Shown here: positions 7,547-15,877 of the stretch, in pieces
Layout: every line of letters begins with the position of its first letter
Numbering within the stretch: position 1 is the stretch's first letter
IMG/VR virus record: IMGVR_UViG_3300032332_000488
Span: 1-34,185 of that record
DNA: 34,185 nucleotides
Origin: a virus
Lineage: Duplodnaviria > Caudoviricetes
Reading direction: 5' to 3' (one strand)
Position numbers and translations under genes: made by a program
Notes under the pieces: model-generated
What the model was told of the DNA's origin: nothing
The model's input: only the letters and a program-made list of their open reading frames with translations
The model's database searches: none

Positions 7547-9171
7547 TATCCTACCTGCTTTAAGTCTGGTTTACCCTCTGCCTTTGGAGGAGGTGCAGCA
7601 GGTTGAGCCTGTTGCTTGGCCTCCATCTTCTTCAGTCTGTCTTTGAGCAATTGTTTCATTGGAGGCTCCAGCAAGTCAAGCAAGGATTCCTTGTCAATAA
7701 CCTGGGCCTTGAACAAGTTAAACGCAAGCTGGCGCATGTCTTCCATAAAGATGGGCGAGTTGGAATGGGCATCCACCTTCACCACATAATCTTTTGTGAA
7801 CTGTTCAGCAATGAACTTGTGGTTGTCCATGTCTGTGAAGTGCGTTGCATCGTATGCTTGCATACACTTGAGATACAGAGTTGCCAGTTTCTCCAAGCTG
7901 TCCTCAATGATGAGGGCACGTTTCTTGGCACGGCTAGAACCCAGACGAGCAAGCTGAGATGCGTGACCAGATGAGCGCACACCCGCTTCACCCCGGCCTT
8001 GCAACACAGACACAATGCCGGATGCTTCTTCAAACATTAGGTCAATCTCACCAATCTCTTTGAACAAGTCAGGTGGAATAGTTGGCGCTAACTTTTCTAC
8101 CTTTGCATTAGGCATGTCAGTTGCCAACAAACCACCAGCACGATTGAGAGCAAAATTCTTTTCATCCAAGATGCCCGTAAACCCAATCAGCGCAGTGGGT
8201 GGGCTGACCTGTTTGGAGAGCAAGTCCAGGATTTCAGTCATGCGTTTGTTGCGTAGCTGCTGGAGGAAGACCAAACGCTGAACCTCAGAACCACCCCAGT
8301 AGTAGTCGTACAGTGGGTTGGGGCAAATCTGCACAAATGGCAACTCACCTTTGAGGAACACTTGCTCGCCAGGACGGTCATAAATGATTACGTCTGGGTC
8401 TGCTTTGGTTACAACTTGGTAATCTTTGGAGTCATCACACCACACCCACAGCTCAGTCATCTCCACTGTGTCTTCAGCAACGGTAGCTTTGTAACGGTTC
8501 TGTCCGCCAAGGTCTAAATTAACATTACCGTACATTGTTGGGTTTGACTGACTCAGGATGATGCGCTCTATGCCGTTGGCAACTTCTGTGCGCTCATGCT
8601 GGGTAGAGGTGATGCGTTTCACAATCTCATCCCGGCGGGGATGGCTGTACAGACGGTCATACAACTCAGACTTGGTGATGTAGTACGTCTGGGTGATGGC
8701 CTCTTGCCTGTCGGAATATGGGGTATCTTCCCGCAACACACCCATACAAGCGGGTTCCACCATGTACGGATGGATGCCGTTCTTGATGATGAGCTTGATA
8801 AAGGTTGAGTTGTAGACCAGTGACCAGGTGGTAGCAGCGGAGAACACTTGGTCAGCGTTGCTATTTAGCCACTCATCGTTCAAAGCACGGGTCAGAGCCG
8901 GGACTTTTACCTGCTCTCTGGGGTCTACAGCGGCTCCAACGTCAATAGAAAAGCGGGTAGTTTCCGCTGAGTAGAGGAAACTGGTGAGCTGGTCAATGTG
9001 AGGAAAGATTTTGTTGTAAAGAGCCGGAGCTTCATCCGGCCCGTTACCGAACAAATACCAACTCCGCAGGGAGCCATAGTCTACTTTTCTCTCTTGCTGA
9101 GTGACCTGACACTTGGTGATGAGGTCAAGGTAGAACAATTCTCTATCTACGGGGTTGGTAGGTATCCTCAT
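7546..9171 (-). CDS. Portal protein
   Basis: 541 aa between terminase and scaffold/capsid; LPFVQI.P.P....YWG and SGI..VLQG motifs of P22-like portals. Confidence 0.8.
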   Translation of the reverse strand: MRIPTNPVDRELFYLDLITKCQVTQQERKVDYGSLRSWYLFGNGPDEAPALYNKIFPHIDQLTSFLYSAETTRFSIDVGAAVDPREQVKVPALTRALNDEWLNSNADQVFSAATTWSLVYNSTFIKLIIKNGIHPYMVEPACMGVLREDTPYSDRQEAITQTYYITKSELYDRLYSHPRRDEIVKRITSTQHERTEVANGIERIILSQSNPTMYGNVNLDLGGQNRYKATVAEDTVEMTELWVWCDDSKDYQVVTKADPDVIIYDRPGEQVFLKGELPFVQICPNPLYDYYWGGSEVQRLVFLQQLRNKRMTEILDLLSKQVSPPTALIGFTGILDEKNFALNRAGGLLATDMPNAKVEKLAPTIPPDLFKEIGEIDLMFEEASGIVSVLQGRGEAGVRSSGHASQLARLGSSRAKKRALIIEDSLEKLATLYLKCMQAYDATHFTDMDNHKFIAEQFTKDYVVKVDAHSNSPIFMEDMRQLAFNLFKAQVIDKESLLDLLEPPMKQLLKDRLKKMEAKQQAQPAAPPPKAEGKPDLKQVG

Positions 9172-9677
9172 GTTGTCTTCACCTTCAGGTTATCTGGGTC
9201 TTGCATAGTGCCTGCACCCGCTTTGGGGCCAGACAGTGAGCCTGTGGGAGAGGCATCCCTGGGCATTATGCTCACAGCCTCGTCCCTTACTGGTTTGAAT
9301 TGTCCACCAAGAACGGATTTCATGCTAATACTACCACCGCCGCCCCAAATTGCCGCATCTCCGGCTCTGGGTTCTTTCTTCTGGGCATTCATAGCGTCTG
9401 TAGCCTGTGCAAACTCTTTGTCTGACAATTTGTTGTTGCGCTTGAGGTAACCAGTCTGGTGTTCCCCTTCTCTGGTGGACTTTACATCTGTCATCCCGTA
9501 TTCAATAGCCAATTGCTTGACTGTGTTGTCTGTATGCTTGGTCTTGGCAGACCTTGTGCCTACAGGCTTCAAGAATACAACGGACAGCTCGCCTTTGCAG
9601 TTTTTCATGGGACATACAGGCTCCCAAGCCTCAAATATGCCGTGATTTCCGCAGTGATAGTCTTTTAGAACGCTCAT
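9168..9677 (-). CDS. Zinc-ribbon (FmdB-like) protein
   Basis: N-terminal DYHCGNHG..FE.....CPMKNC; 169 aa; coupled to the portal gene. Confidence 0.55.
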   Translation of the reverse strand: MSVLKDYHCGNHGIFEAWEPVCPMKNCKGELSVVFLKPVGTRSAKTKHTDNTVKQLAIEYGMTDVKSTREGEHQTGYLKRNNKLSDKEFAQATDAMNAQKKEPRAGDAAIWGGGGSISMKSVLGGQFKPVRDEAVSIMPRDASPTGSLSGPKAGAGTMQDPDNLKVKTT

Positions 9678-9679
9678 AG

Positions 9680-10069
9680 TTACCCTCTTAGTGCTTCGTC
9701 AAGTGTGATTTCTGAATAGTCATGGCGGTTAACCATGCCGACTTTTAGTTTTATGCCCCCTGATGTGACCTGTAAACCCATGCTTGCCATCATTGGTGGC
9801 TTGCTTTCCTTCCTGTATTCCACGTATCTTGTCCTGTCTTTGTTCTGCATAACCCGCACATTGCCGCTTTTCCACTGCTGGTAGGCCTTGCTGACCCTGA
9901 TTTGCACCACTTCAGTGAGCGGTTCTTTGTCTCTGACGAACACATCTAGGAAGTGAGCCATTGACATACCCGCCAATTCGCAAAACAAGTTGATAGAGAT
10001 ACCCCTATCTTTGTCCGCATGGAAGCGTTTAATCTGGCGTTTGAGTTCAAACTTGGACAGGGACTTCAT
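9680..10069 (-). CDS. Hypothetical protein, possible HTH DNA-binding N-terminus
   Basis: GISINLFCELAGMS resembles a helix-turn-helix; 129 aa. Confidence 0.55.
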   Translation of the reverse strand: MKSLSKFELKRQIKRFHADKDRGISINLFCELAGMSMAHFLDVFVRDKEPLTEVVQIRVSKAYQQWKSGNVRVMQNKDRTRYVEYRKESKPPMMASMGLQVTSGGIKLKVGMVNRHDYSEITLDEALRG

Positions 10070-10862
10070 ATTTGTACTCCACCGTATAGCCTGTGGACTG
10101 CAAGTAGTCCAGAAACTCTATCTCACCGTATGCTTTTGAAACGTCAGCAGGGACAATGATGTGGTCATCATCCATGAGCTTCCTGCTTTGGGCGTGACAG
10201 CCTAGCAGCCTATCAAATGCAAAGCCTTCTTCGTGAAATCCTCGGCCTACATATTCCATTGAGAAGTATTTGGCAATGTGGTCAGGTGCATATCTGTACC
10301 CCAGGTACTGCAACTGAGGCTTGAGCAAGGCAGAGAGTTGGGCATCCTCGTTCCATCCATGTATGTCGTTGGCTTGTAGATGGGTAATCCCATGCTTATT
10401 GCAAGCAGACAAGAAACGCTTAGAGCGCAGGGAAAACCCCCCGTTTTGCACCACCCGCACACCAGGAATGCCCACCCAAGTAAAGTTCAAGTAAAGGTTG
10501 TACGCCTCGCCCTGGGGCAAGAAAGCGCAGTGTGAGGGTGCTCCTATGTAATCGTACTCATAGTATTCCGGCATGAAATTGTCGCCATCCAGCACCCAGC
10601 CGTCATCTTGAACTATCAGGCAATACTCTGTGTCTATGAATGCGTAGAGCTGGTGCATCATAAAAACAGAATACTGAAGGTAGTTGATAAACCCTATCTG
10701 CTTCCACTCTATGTTGTCTGGCAAGTTGTCTGGCTTTGCAATAGACAACAGCAGCCCTTTAGAGCCAGGTAACTCTTTCATACTGCGCTTGATACTGGGT
10801 ATAACGCTGGCCCCGTTGTTATGCCCATAAACAGACACGATGGTTAGGTCATTGTGTTCCAT
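10047..10862 (-). CDS. DUF5672-like putative glycosyltransferase
   Basis: LIVQDDGWV, YDYIGAP, NGGFSLRS and NED motifs; start moved to ATG 10862 (MEHNDLTIVSV), overlapping the terminase end. Confidence 0.65.
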   Translation of the reverse strand: MEHNDLTIVSVYGHNNGASVIPSIKRSMKELPGSKGLLLSIAKPDNLPDNIEWKQIGFINYLQYSVFMMHQLYAFIDTEYCLIVQDDGWVLDGDNFMPEYYEYDYIGAPSHCAFLPQGEAYNLYLNFTWVGIPGVRVVQNGGFSLRSKRFLSACNKHGITHLQANDIHGWNEDAQLSALLKPQLQYLGYRYAPDHIAKYFSMEYVGRGFHEEGFAFDRLLGCHAQSRKLMDDDHIIVPADVSKAYGEIEFLDYLQSTGYTVEYKYEVPVQV

Positions 10863-12606
10863 ACATTCCAATCCTTTTAAGGTAGTCGCTGACGTTTCTG
10901 CCCACAGAGATTTGTTCAGGTGTAAAGTTTTCCTGTGCATGACTGATTTGCCGGGTAATCTTTTGGGCAATGAGTCTGGGTTGTATCTGCTCTGCAAAGG
11001 CTACACAAGCCAGAGCAGTAGCAATCACACGGTCATCCTTGCCCCTACCCGGCGCACCCAGGAAGGAACCCTCCCGCACGATGCCCTTCATTTCTTCAAG
11101 AGTCTCCATGCTGCGTATCTTTATCATCTGCCTCTCAAAGTAATCCTTCATGTACTGCAACATGCGCTCTTTGGAATTGGTTGTGGTCAGGTAACCAATG
11201 CTATTAGAAAGCCCCCCAAGCGTGTCATTGCGCCTCCAAATGTAGTTGGTCATACTACCTAGCACGTCCATCAACCCATGCCCCATAGCGCCTCCTAACG
11301 AGACTGCCATGCGCTTCAAGTTCCGTATCTCATTGATGACTGCTTGACCAGGGCCGTTGACTTCCAGGTTCAGCGTAGAGTTCTTGTATGCGCCAGCAAG
11401 GTGGGCGATGACCCACGCAAACTGGTAGGTGTTCATCTCAGAAGTGGCAAACTCAGCAACTTGGTCAAGTCCATCTGCGTAGCATCTGTAGACCTGGATG
11501 CAGAATCTATCTGCCCAATCAGAGCTACCGTAAGCGGGGTCAGCACCGATAACGTAATAAGCAGTGTCAACAGGTTCTTCCCAGACCGTGAGTGTGCCCA
11601 GTCTTTCAGTGGACTTAATGACTTCAGTGTCTTGGAACAGTTGTCCAAAAGCATAGCGATAGTGGTCTGGTACAAGTTTCTTGGCCTCTTTAGCTGCCTC
11701 TGTGCAGCGGGTGGTTGAGAAGAAGGATGTGCCTGTCATCACAAAGGCATAGTCCTCAGTTGGGGGGAACTCTTGGTACATCAAGGATTCGTCTTTGATA
11801 CCTTCGTGCATTTTCCACCGCCACCAAGCCATTTGCCGGGAGTTGACCTCAAAGCCGTAGAGCTTCTTAATGTCTTTCACCCACTCCTTCTCTTCCGCAC
11901 TGAGCTTGCCATCCCAGTAGACCTTGTAGATGTTGGAGTCGCCAGGGACAGAGTAGAACTCATTTCTCCACCAGCCGCAAAAGATGGCTCTCTGTGTCTT
12001 TGCTTTCTTAGCGGTCTTGTACATGTCGTGGAACATGTTGAAGCCCTGCGCTGTACTCTCAAACATGTAAAGCCGCTCAGGGTTCTTTTCAGCAAGAGAA
12101 GCTATCAGGGAAGCTAGACCCTCTTCATTTCCCCAGGAAGCTGTTTCAGTGCCGTGCAAATAGGTTATGGCTTTACCCTGACCCAGACGAGACTTATTGC
12201 CAGCAATCTGATAAAAAATACGACTTCTGTTTTTGAGAACCATCTGGTTTCTGTTGTGAGCGACCAAAGGAATTTTGTATTCTTTCGGTAACCCTTCCAT
12301 GTACATAGCGAGAGTCGAACGAAACATATCCCTGTTTTCTTCTGTATCCGCAACCAGCGTACCTTGCCATCCGGGATGAGTGAACTGCCAATAGAGGTCA
12401 AGCGCCAGAGAAACAGTTGTGATACCCAACTGACGGCCTTTGAGAATGACAAAGAAGTGGACATCATCTTCTAGACCTTTTTTGATTTCCTCCATCACAT
12501 ACGTCTGAGTCCCCAAGAGGGTTCCCATCTTCTTCAAGCCCTCTTCCTTTGTCTCAATCTTGAGTTCGGAACAGAACTTGTAAAACTTGTTTAGGTCAAA
12601 GTTCAT
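10849..12606 (-). CDS. terL: Terminase large subunit
   Basis: 585 aa; Walker A ILKGRQLGITT, Walker B YLHGTE, ESTAQG coupling motif, nuclease YVIGADPA and DDRVIA. Confidence 0.95.
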   Translation of the reverse strand: MNFDLNKFYKFCSELKIETKEEGLKKMGTLLGTQTYVMEEIKKGLEDDVHFFVILKGRQLGITTVSLALDLYWQFTHPGWQGTLVADTEENRDMFRSTLAMYMEGLPKEYKIPLVAHNRNQMVLKNRSRIFYQIAGNKSRLGQGKAITYLHGTETASWGNEEGLASLIASLAEKNPERLYMFESTAQGFNMFHDMYKTAKKAKTQRAIFCGWWRNEFYSVPGDSNIYKVYWDGKLSAEEKEWVKDIKKLYGFEVNSRQMAWWRWKMHEGIKDESLMYQEFPPTEDYAFVMTGTSFFSTTRCTEAAKEAKKLVPDHYRYAFGQLFQDTEVIKSTERLGTLTVWEEPVDTAYYVIGADPAYGSSDWADRFCIQVYRCYADGLDQVAEFATSEMNTYQFAWVIAHLAGAYKNSTLNLEVNGPGQAVINEIRNLKRMAVSLGGAMGHGLMDVLGSMTNYIWRRNDTLGGLSNSIGYLTTTNSKERMLQYMKDYFERQMIKIRSMETLEEMKGIVREGSFLGAPGRGKDDRVIATALACVAFAEQIQPRLIAQKITRQISHAQENFTPEQISVGRNVSDYLKRIGMYGTQ

Positions 12607-12845
12607 TATTTTCTTTGTTTGTCAAAAGAGTCTAGGTTCCACTCAGAGATGGTTGCTGCCACAGCCTTGTTCTTAGCACAGCGTATCAGCTCTTTGTAAA
12701 ACAACTCTGAATATGTTTCCCGCCACTCAGCAGCTAACGCCCTCTTAGCCGCTGGCTTAATGCAAGACAAGGCCCGTGCCATCTCTCTTTTCAGCTTGAC
12801 ACGAGAAACGTATAAAGCCATCTGTGTATCCTTGCTCGTATCCAT
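12606..12845 (-). CDS. Hypothetical protein upstream of terL
   Basis: TAATG coupling to terL; true start uncertain because it overlaps the upstream ORF. Confidence 0.55.
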   Translation of the reverse strand: MDTSKDTQMALYVSRVKLKREMARALSCIKPAAKRALAAEWRETYSELFYKELIRCAKNKAVAATISEWNLDSFDKQRK

Positions 12846-12972
12846 GAGCTACCGCCTCATTTATTTGACTAGCCAATACCTGTACTACTAACTCTGTTTG
12901 GCAAAGACGAGTCATCAAAGCCCTACAGACTTCACGCAACTCATCCTCCTCCATCCACAGTAGTTCTGTCAC
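12757..12972 (-). CDS. Hypothetical protein
   Basis: GTGA coupling to the upstream gene; GYEQGY.DG motif common in small phage proteins. Confidence 0.55.
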   Translation of the reverse strand: MTELLWMEEDELREVCRALMTRLCQTELVVQVLASQINEAVAHGYEQGYTDGFIRFSCQAEKRDGTGLVLH

Positions 12973-13193
12973 CTTGTCCTCCAGACTCTTACAACAAGCC
13001 CCTCTGTTTTAGCCGTCAACCCTATCCCTAACCGCCTGCTGGCCCTGTAGTTGGCATTCAACACCTTTTGTCTCGCCCCTACAGGCACACAGAAACTGTC
13101 ACCAACATCCATCTCCTCATACGGGTAGGCATACACCACCCGTGCTACAGGTACAGGCCTACCAGTCTCCAATTCAATCGCAGTAATCATCAC
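12969..13193 (-). CDS. Conserved small phage protein (YP.EEM.VGDSF.VP...VRVWR type), probably DNA-binding
   Basis: Motif recognised from small phage proteins; first gene of the minus-strand block. Confidence 0.65.
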   Translation of the reverse strand: MMITAIELETGRPVPVARVVYAYPYEEMDVGDSFCVPVGARQKVLNANYRASRRLGIGLTAKTEGLVVRVWRTR

Positions 13194-13228
13194 CTAACCC
13201 TCTATACAGATAACGCTATATTACAGAC

Positions 13229-13257
13229 AAAAAAAGAGCTACGCAAGTGGTAGCTCT
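13229..13257 (-). terminator. Rho-independent terminator
   Basis: Minus strand AGAGCTAC-7 nt loop-GTAGCTCT followed by a T run. Confidence 0.75.
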
Positions 13258-13349
13258 AAGTTCTAGAAGAACGATGACAAACACGGCTGGGGACTGTTTG
13301 CGGAACTACTGTCTAGACGGTAGCCAATCCCCATGCGTGTTAGCACATG
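13229..13349 (-). ncRNA. Candidate free-standing small RNA with CI/C4-like junction fold
   Basis: AACACG-CA-TGGGGATTG ... CAGTCCCCA-GC-CGTGTT stalk enclosing a hairpin and single-stranded TTCCGCAAA; bounded by an extended -10 and a terminator. Confidence 0.6.
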
Positions 13350-13355
13350 CCAGCT

Positions 13356-13364
13356 ATCCTACCA
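13356..13364 (-). promoter_or_regulatory. Extended -10 promoter for the candidate sRNA
   Basis: Minus strand TG-G-TAGGAT about 14 nt upstream of the stalk. Confidence 0.4.
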
Positions 13365-13370
13365 GAAACC

Positions 13371-13700
13371 ATATTTTTTTTGGGGGGGACGAGATGTGGG
13401 GTGCTCACCTCACCAGACTCCGTAACCCATCGCTCAGGCCACGGCGCTGCTTGTGCTTGTGCTTGTGCGGTAGTTGTCCCGACCCAACCCGATAACGTGC
13501 ATGGTAGCGCACTAGGTGCATGGTACTGGTGCGGTAAAGCATACCCCATGCCAAACCCCATGTAATTCCCGGTGGGCGGTAGGTGATAAACCCTTGTCGA
13601 ATCAATAAACCCGAACTCAGGATACATTACAGAACTATAAGACAATAAATTATAAAGACAATAAACATAGTAGTCTTATATATATTATATACCCTACTGT
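13371..13700. repeat. Divergent intergenic region with short repeats and AT-rich tract (candidate origin or packaging/terminus region)
   Basis: T8G7 at 13374-13388; (GCTTGT)x3 at 13449-13466; GTGCATGGTA x2 (13497, 13516); ACCCCATG x2 (13543, 13555); AAGACAATAAA x2 (13639, 13655); TA tract 13677-13691. Confidence 0.55.
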
Positions 13701-13786
13701 ATACAACGGGTGCATCCACAAAAGTATTCATAGGCAAAACCTAACATCACCTGATTGACGATAGAAATATTTATGAAAAATAGTGC

Positions 13787-13814
13787 TTGACAGGTTAATA
13801 TATACCGGTACACT
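13787..13814 (+). promoter_or_regulatory. Early sigma70-like promoter
   Basis: TTGACA-N16-TACACT with AT-rich upstream sequence, 60 nt before the first plus-strand gene. Confidence 0.65.
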
Positions 13815-13873
13815 AGGTCAAAAAAAGCAAGCGAGACAGTCAGTAACCTAACCTAACCTAATCGGAGCATAGT

Positions 13874-14167
13874 ATGCACACAGTTCACAATCTTCTAAAC
13901 CTCTCCATGAGCGAGGCTTACGACTACACACAGTACAGCGATACCGTTAAGAATGGGGATACTCTCATTGTTTCTGATGGTGTAGGTGTGATGATGAATG
14001 CTTGGCCTGCGATGCTGACAGGCACTTCCGAGGTTTTCCACGCAATTAAGTCTGAATATCTCTCCGAAATTGCAAGCGAGTATCCCGAGGCCTGGAGCGA
14101 TTCACAGGTTGACGTGCACCAGCTGCTGGAGCGAGCTGTAACCTGCGCTGGTGTCATCGACTATTGA
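13874..14167 (+). CDS. Early hypothetical protein
   Basis: 97 aa; SD GGAG preceded by (TAACC)3. Confidence 0.75.
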   Translation: MHTVHNLLNLSMSEAYDYTQYSDTVKNGDTLIVSDGVGVMMNAWPAMLTGTSEVFHAIKSEYLSEIASEYPEAWSDSQVDVHQLLERAVTCAGVIDY

Positions 14168-14213
14168 GTGCCACCTGCAAGCCTATTCTGTGGGCTTGTA
14201 GATTGTCATTCGA
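14164..14213 (+). promoter_or_regulatory. Long imperfect hairpin between early genes (possible RNase III-type processing site)
   Basis: CTGCAAGCCTA/TGGGCTTGTAG inner stem, TTGAGTG/CATTCGA outer stem, no U tract. Confidence 0.45.
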
Positions 14214-14242
14214 CAATCAAAACCTAACCCGGAGAAAACATC

Positions 14243-14869
14243 ATGCAATTTTCAGTGCAACGCAAACAGTTGAAGGCCATGTCACGTTTCATGGCAGTGA
14301 AGGACATTCGCTATTACTTGCAAGGCATTCAAGTAGTACAAAACAATAGGGGCACTTACATTGAATCGACAAATGGGCACGTATTGGGCAGACTCTTGAT
14401 TGACGAAACCCCGTGTGCAGTGGCAGCTAGTGTACTTGTGCCTAGTGATGCAGTGAAGGCATTGGGCGCTAGTGGCAGAAAAGGGAATGAAACGCTACAT
14501 TTCACTATTGATGGGGTGAAAATCAGTGTCATTTCCCCTGATGGGTCAAGCATGACGGTTCAAGCGCACCAGGCACGTTATCCCGATTGTGACCGTGTAG
14601 TCCCTGAAATTTACAACGACACACCTAGTGAGTGCAGCACTTACAACCCTGAATACATCATGGCATTTTATGATTGTGCAAAGGACTTGGGTTCAAGTGG
14701 CAAGGGTGTTGCAGTGCAGATAAAGCAAAGGGGCAGTCAGTCCGGCATTGTAATGATTGACAGTGACCCTCTGTTTGTCGGCATCATCATGCCTATGCGT
14801 GAACACAATACAGTAACGATACCGGCATGGTGCACACGTGCTAAGACCCTGGAAACAGTGACGGCATAA
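14243..14869 (+). CDS. DNA polymerase III beta-clamp-like protein (short, 208 aa)
   Basis: KDIRYYLQGI, STNGHVL, RYPDCDRVVP, YNPEYI and GIIMPMR match DnaN signature segments. Confidence 0.8.
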   Translation: MQFSVQRKQLKAMSRFMAVKDIRYYLQGIQVVQNNRGTYIESTNGHVLGRLLIDETPCAVAASVLVPSDAVKALGASGRKGNETLHFTIDGVKISVISPDGSSMTVQAHQARYPDCDRVVPEIYNDTPSECSTYNPEYIMAFYDCAKDLGSSGKGVAVQIKQRGSQSGIVMIDSDPLFVGIIMPMREHNTVTIPAWCTRAKTLETVTA

Positions 14870-14908
14870 CACACCGTGTAAGGCAGTGACAGTGCCTTGT
14901 GCAGTGTG
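14870..14908 (+). promoter_or_regulatory. Imperfect hairpin between early genes
   Basis: CACAC-C-GTGTAAGGCA / TGCCTTGTGC-A-GTGTG, no U tract. Confidence 0.4.
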
Positions 14909-14945
14909 CTATCCGGCACGCTAAACCCTAACCCTGGAGCAAACA

Positions 14946-15227
14946 ATGCAGCAAAACTTGAATAACCTAATTTGGGACGCTAAACACTCAGCGGGTACAT
15001 TTTCCCTGACTGATAAACAAAAGGCGGACATTCTCCGCATGGTGGGCAGCGGATGCCGACAAAACACCAAAGCCAGATTGTCCCGCCGTCTGGACGTTCC
15101 CCTGAGTTGTTGGGAGTCATTCGGCATTTATTCCCGCATGACCCTGGACGACAAGGGTGCAGACTATATCTGTGGGCAGTCATGGCCTGATGAAATGCGT
15201 ACCCTTCGGGAATGTATCCTGCGATAA
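14946..15227 (+). CDS. Early hypothetical protein
   Basis: 93 aa; CCCTAACCCT-GGAG leader. Confidence 0.75.
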   Translation: MQQNLNNLIWDAKHSAGTFSLTDKQKADILRMVGSGCRQNTKARLSRRLDVPLSCWESFGIYSRMTLDDKGADYICGQSWPDEMRTLRECILR

Positions 15228-15230
15228 ATT

Positions 15231-15271
15231 AAGCCCCCTATAGACCCCTTTGGGGGCTTTCCTTCCCCTTT
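15231..15271 (+). terminator. GC-rich hairpin with pyrimidine tail (weak terminator or processing site)
   Basis: AAGCCCCC/GGGGGCTT stem followed by TCCTTCCCCTTT. Confidence 0.4.
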
Positions 15272-15295
15272 CCTAACCTAACCCCTGGAGATACT

Positions 15296-15472
15296 ATGCA
15301 AACCGTAACCATGCACCAAAAAACTCAGTCAAACGGCTGGAAACCCTGCAAAACCCTACCCATCGATTCCCCTCAGTGGGACGAACACGATAGGTCATGG
15401 ATTCAAACCCTGCTAGAACATGGAACGATGGTCATCACCATCGGCTGGACAATGTACGAACTGAACCGTTAA
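15296..15472 (+). CDS. Early hypothetical protein (58 aa)
   Basis: MQTVTMHQKTQSNGWKPCKTLP...MYELNR; CCTAACCTAACCCCT-GGAG leader; not in the ORF track. Confidence 0.7.
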   Translation: MQTVTMHQKTQSNGWKPCKTLPIDSPQWDEHDRSWIQTLLEHGTMVITIGWTMYELNR

Positions 15473-15504
15473 AAGCCCCCAACCCTAACCCTGGAGAATG
15501 CCCC

Positions 15505-15690
15505 ATGATGTACGAATTAACCCCTGAAGATGCAGCCGTTTTGCGAGGATTAAGAAAAGCAGGGTTCGCCGTGTGCGTGTTTCAGCCCCATGAAATAGGT
15601 TATTCAGACCCCGAACAAATCGAAGATGCGATGGCTGAGGCAGGATGGCATCAAATTAACTTTGACAATGAGGAAACGACCCATGATTAA
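15505..15690 (+). CDS. Early hypothetical protein (61 aa)
   Basis: Start moved to ATG 15505 behind CCCTAACCCT-GGAG. Confidence 0.7.
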   Translation: MMYELTPEDAAVLRGLRKAGFAVCVFQPHEIGYSDPEQIEDAMAEAGWHQINFDNEETTHD

Positions 15691-15877
15691 GATTAAGCCC
15701 CAAGACCTCAACCCCACTACCCGCAGATACCCTCGCACCCTGCAAGAGGCATTCCCCCAGCATGACTGGGAGACTGTGGATAAGACTGTGTATAAGGTAA
15801 ACCCTGATGATGTGCTATACCTGGTTGCCCTATTTGCTTTGGGTTTCCTATTTGGTTTAATTGTGAGTGGCGCATGA
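15683..15877 (+). CDS. Small membrane protein (TRRYPRTLQEAF type)
   Basis: ATG 15683 with SD GAGGA; C-terminal hydrophobic helix. Confidence 0.7.
   Translation: MIKIKPQDLNPTTRRYPRTLQEAFPQHDWETVDKTVYKVNPDDVLYLVALFALGFLFGLIVSGA

Noticed and set aside
12606-13193. Assigning a terminase small subunit among the ORFs upstream of terL
   Set aside because: The position fits but none shows a motif I can recognise; left as hypothetical.
13247-13645. ORFs in the divergence region (13247..13495, 13340..13645, 13347..13565, 13405..13605)
   Set aside because: Their low-complexity translations come from DNA repeats such as (GCTTGT)3; no SD support.
13844-15496. CCTAA/CCCTAA repeats as telomeric repeats or a CRISPR array
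   Set aside because: At most three tandem copies, each cluster tied to an SD and separated by whole genes; no constant 25-40 nt repeat with spacers and no cas genes.
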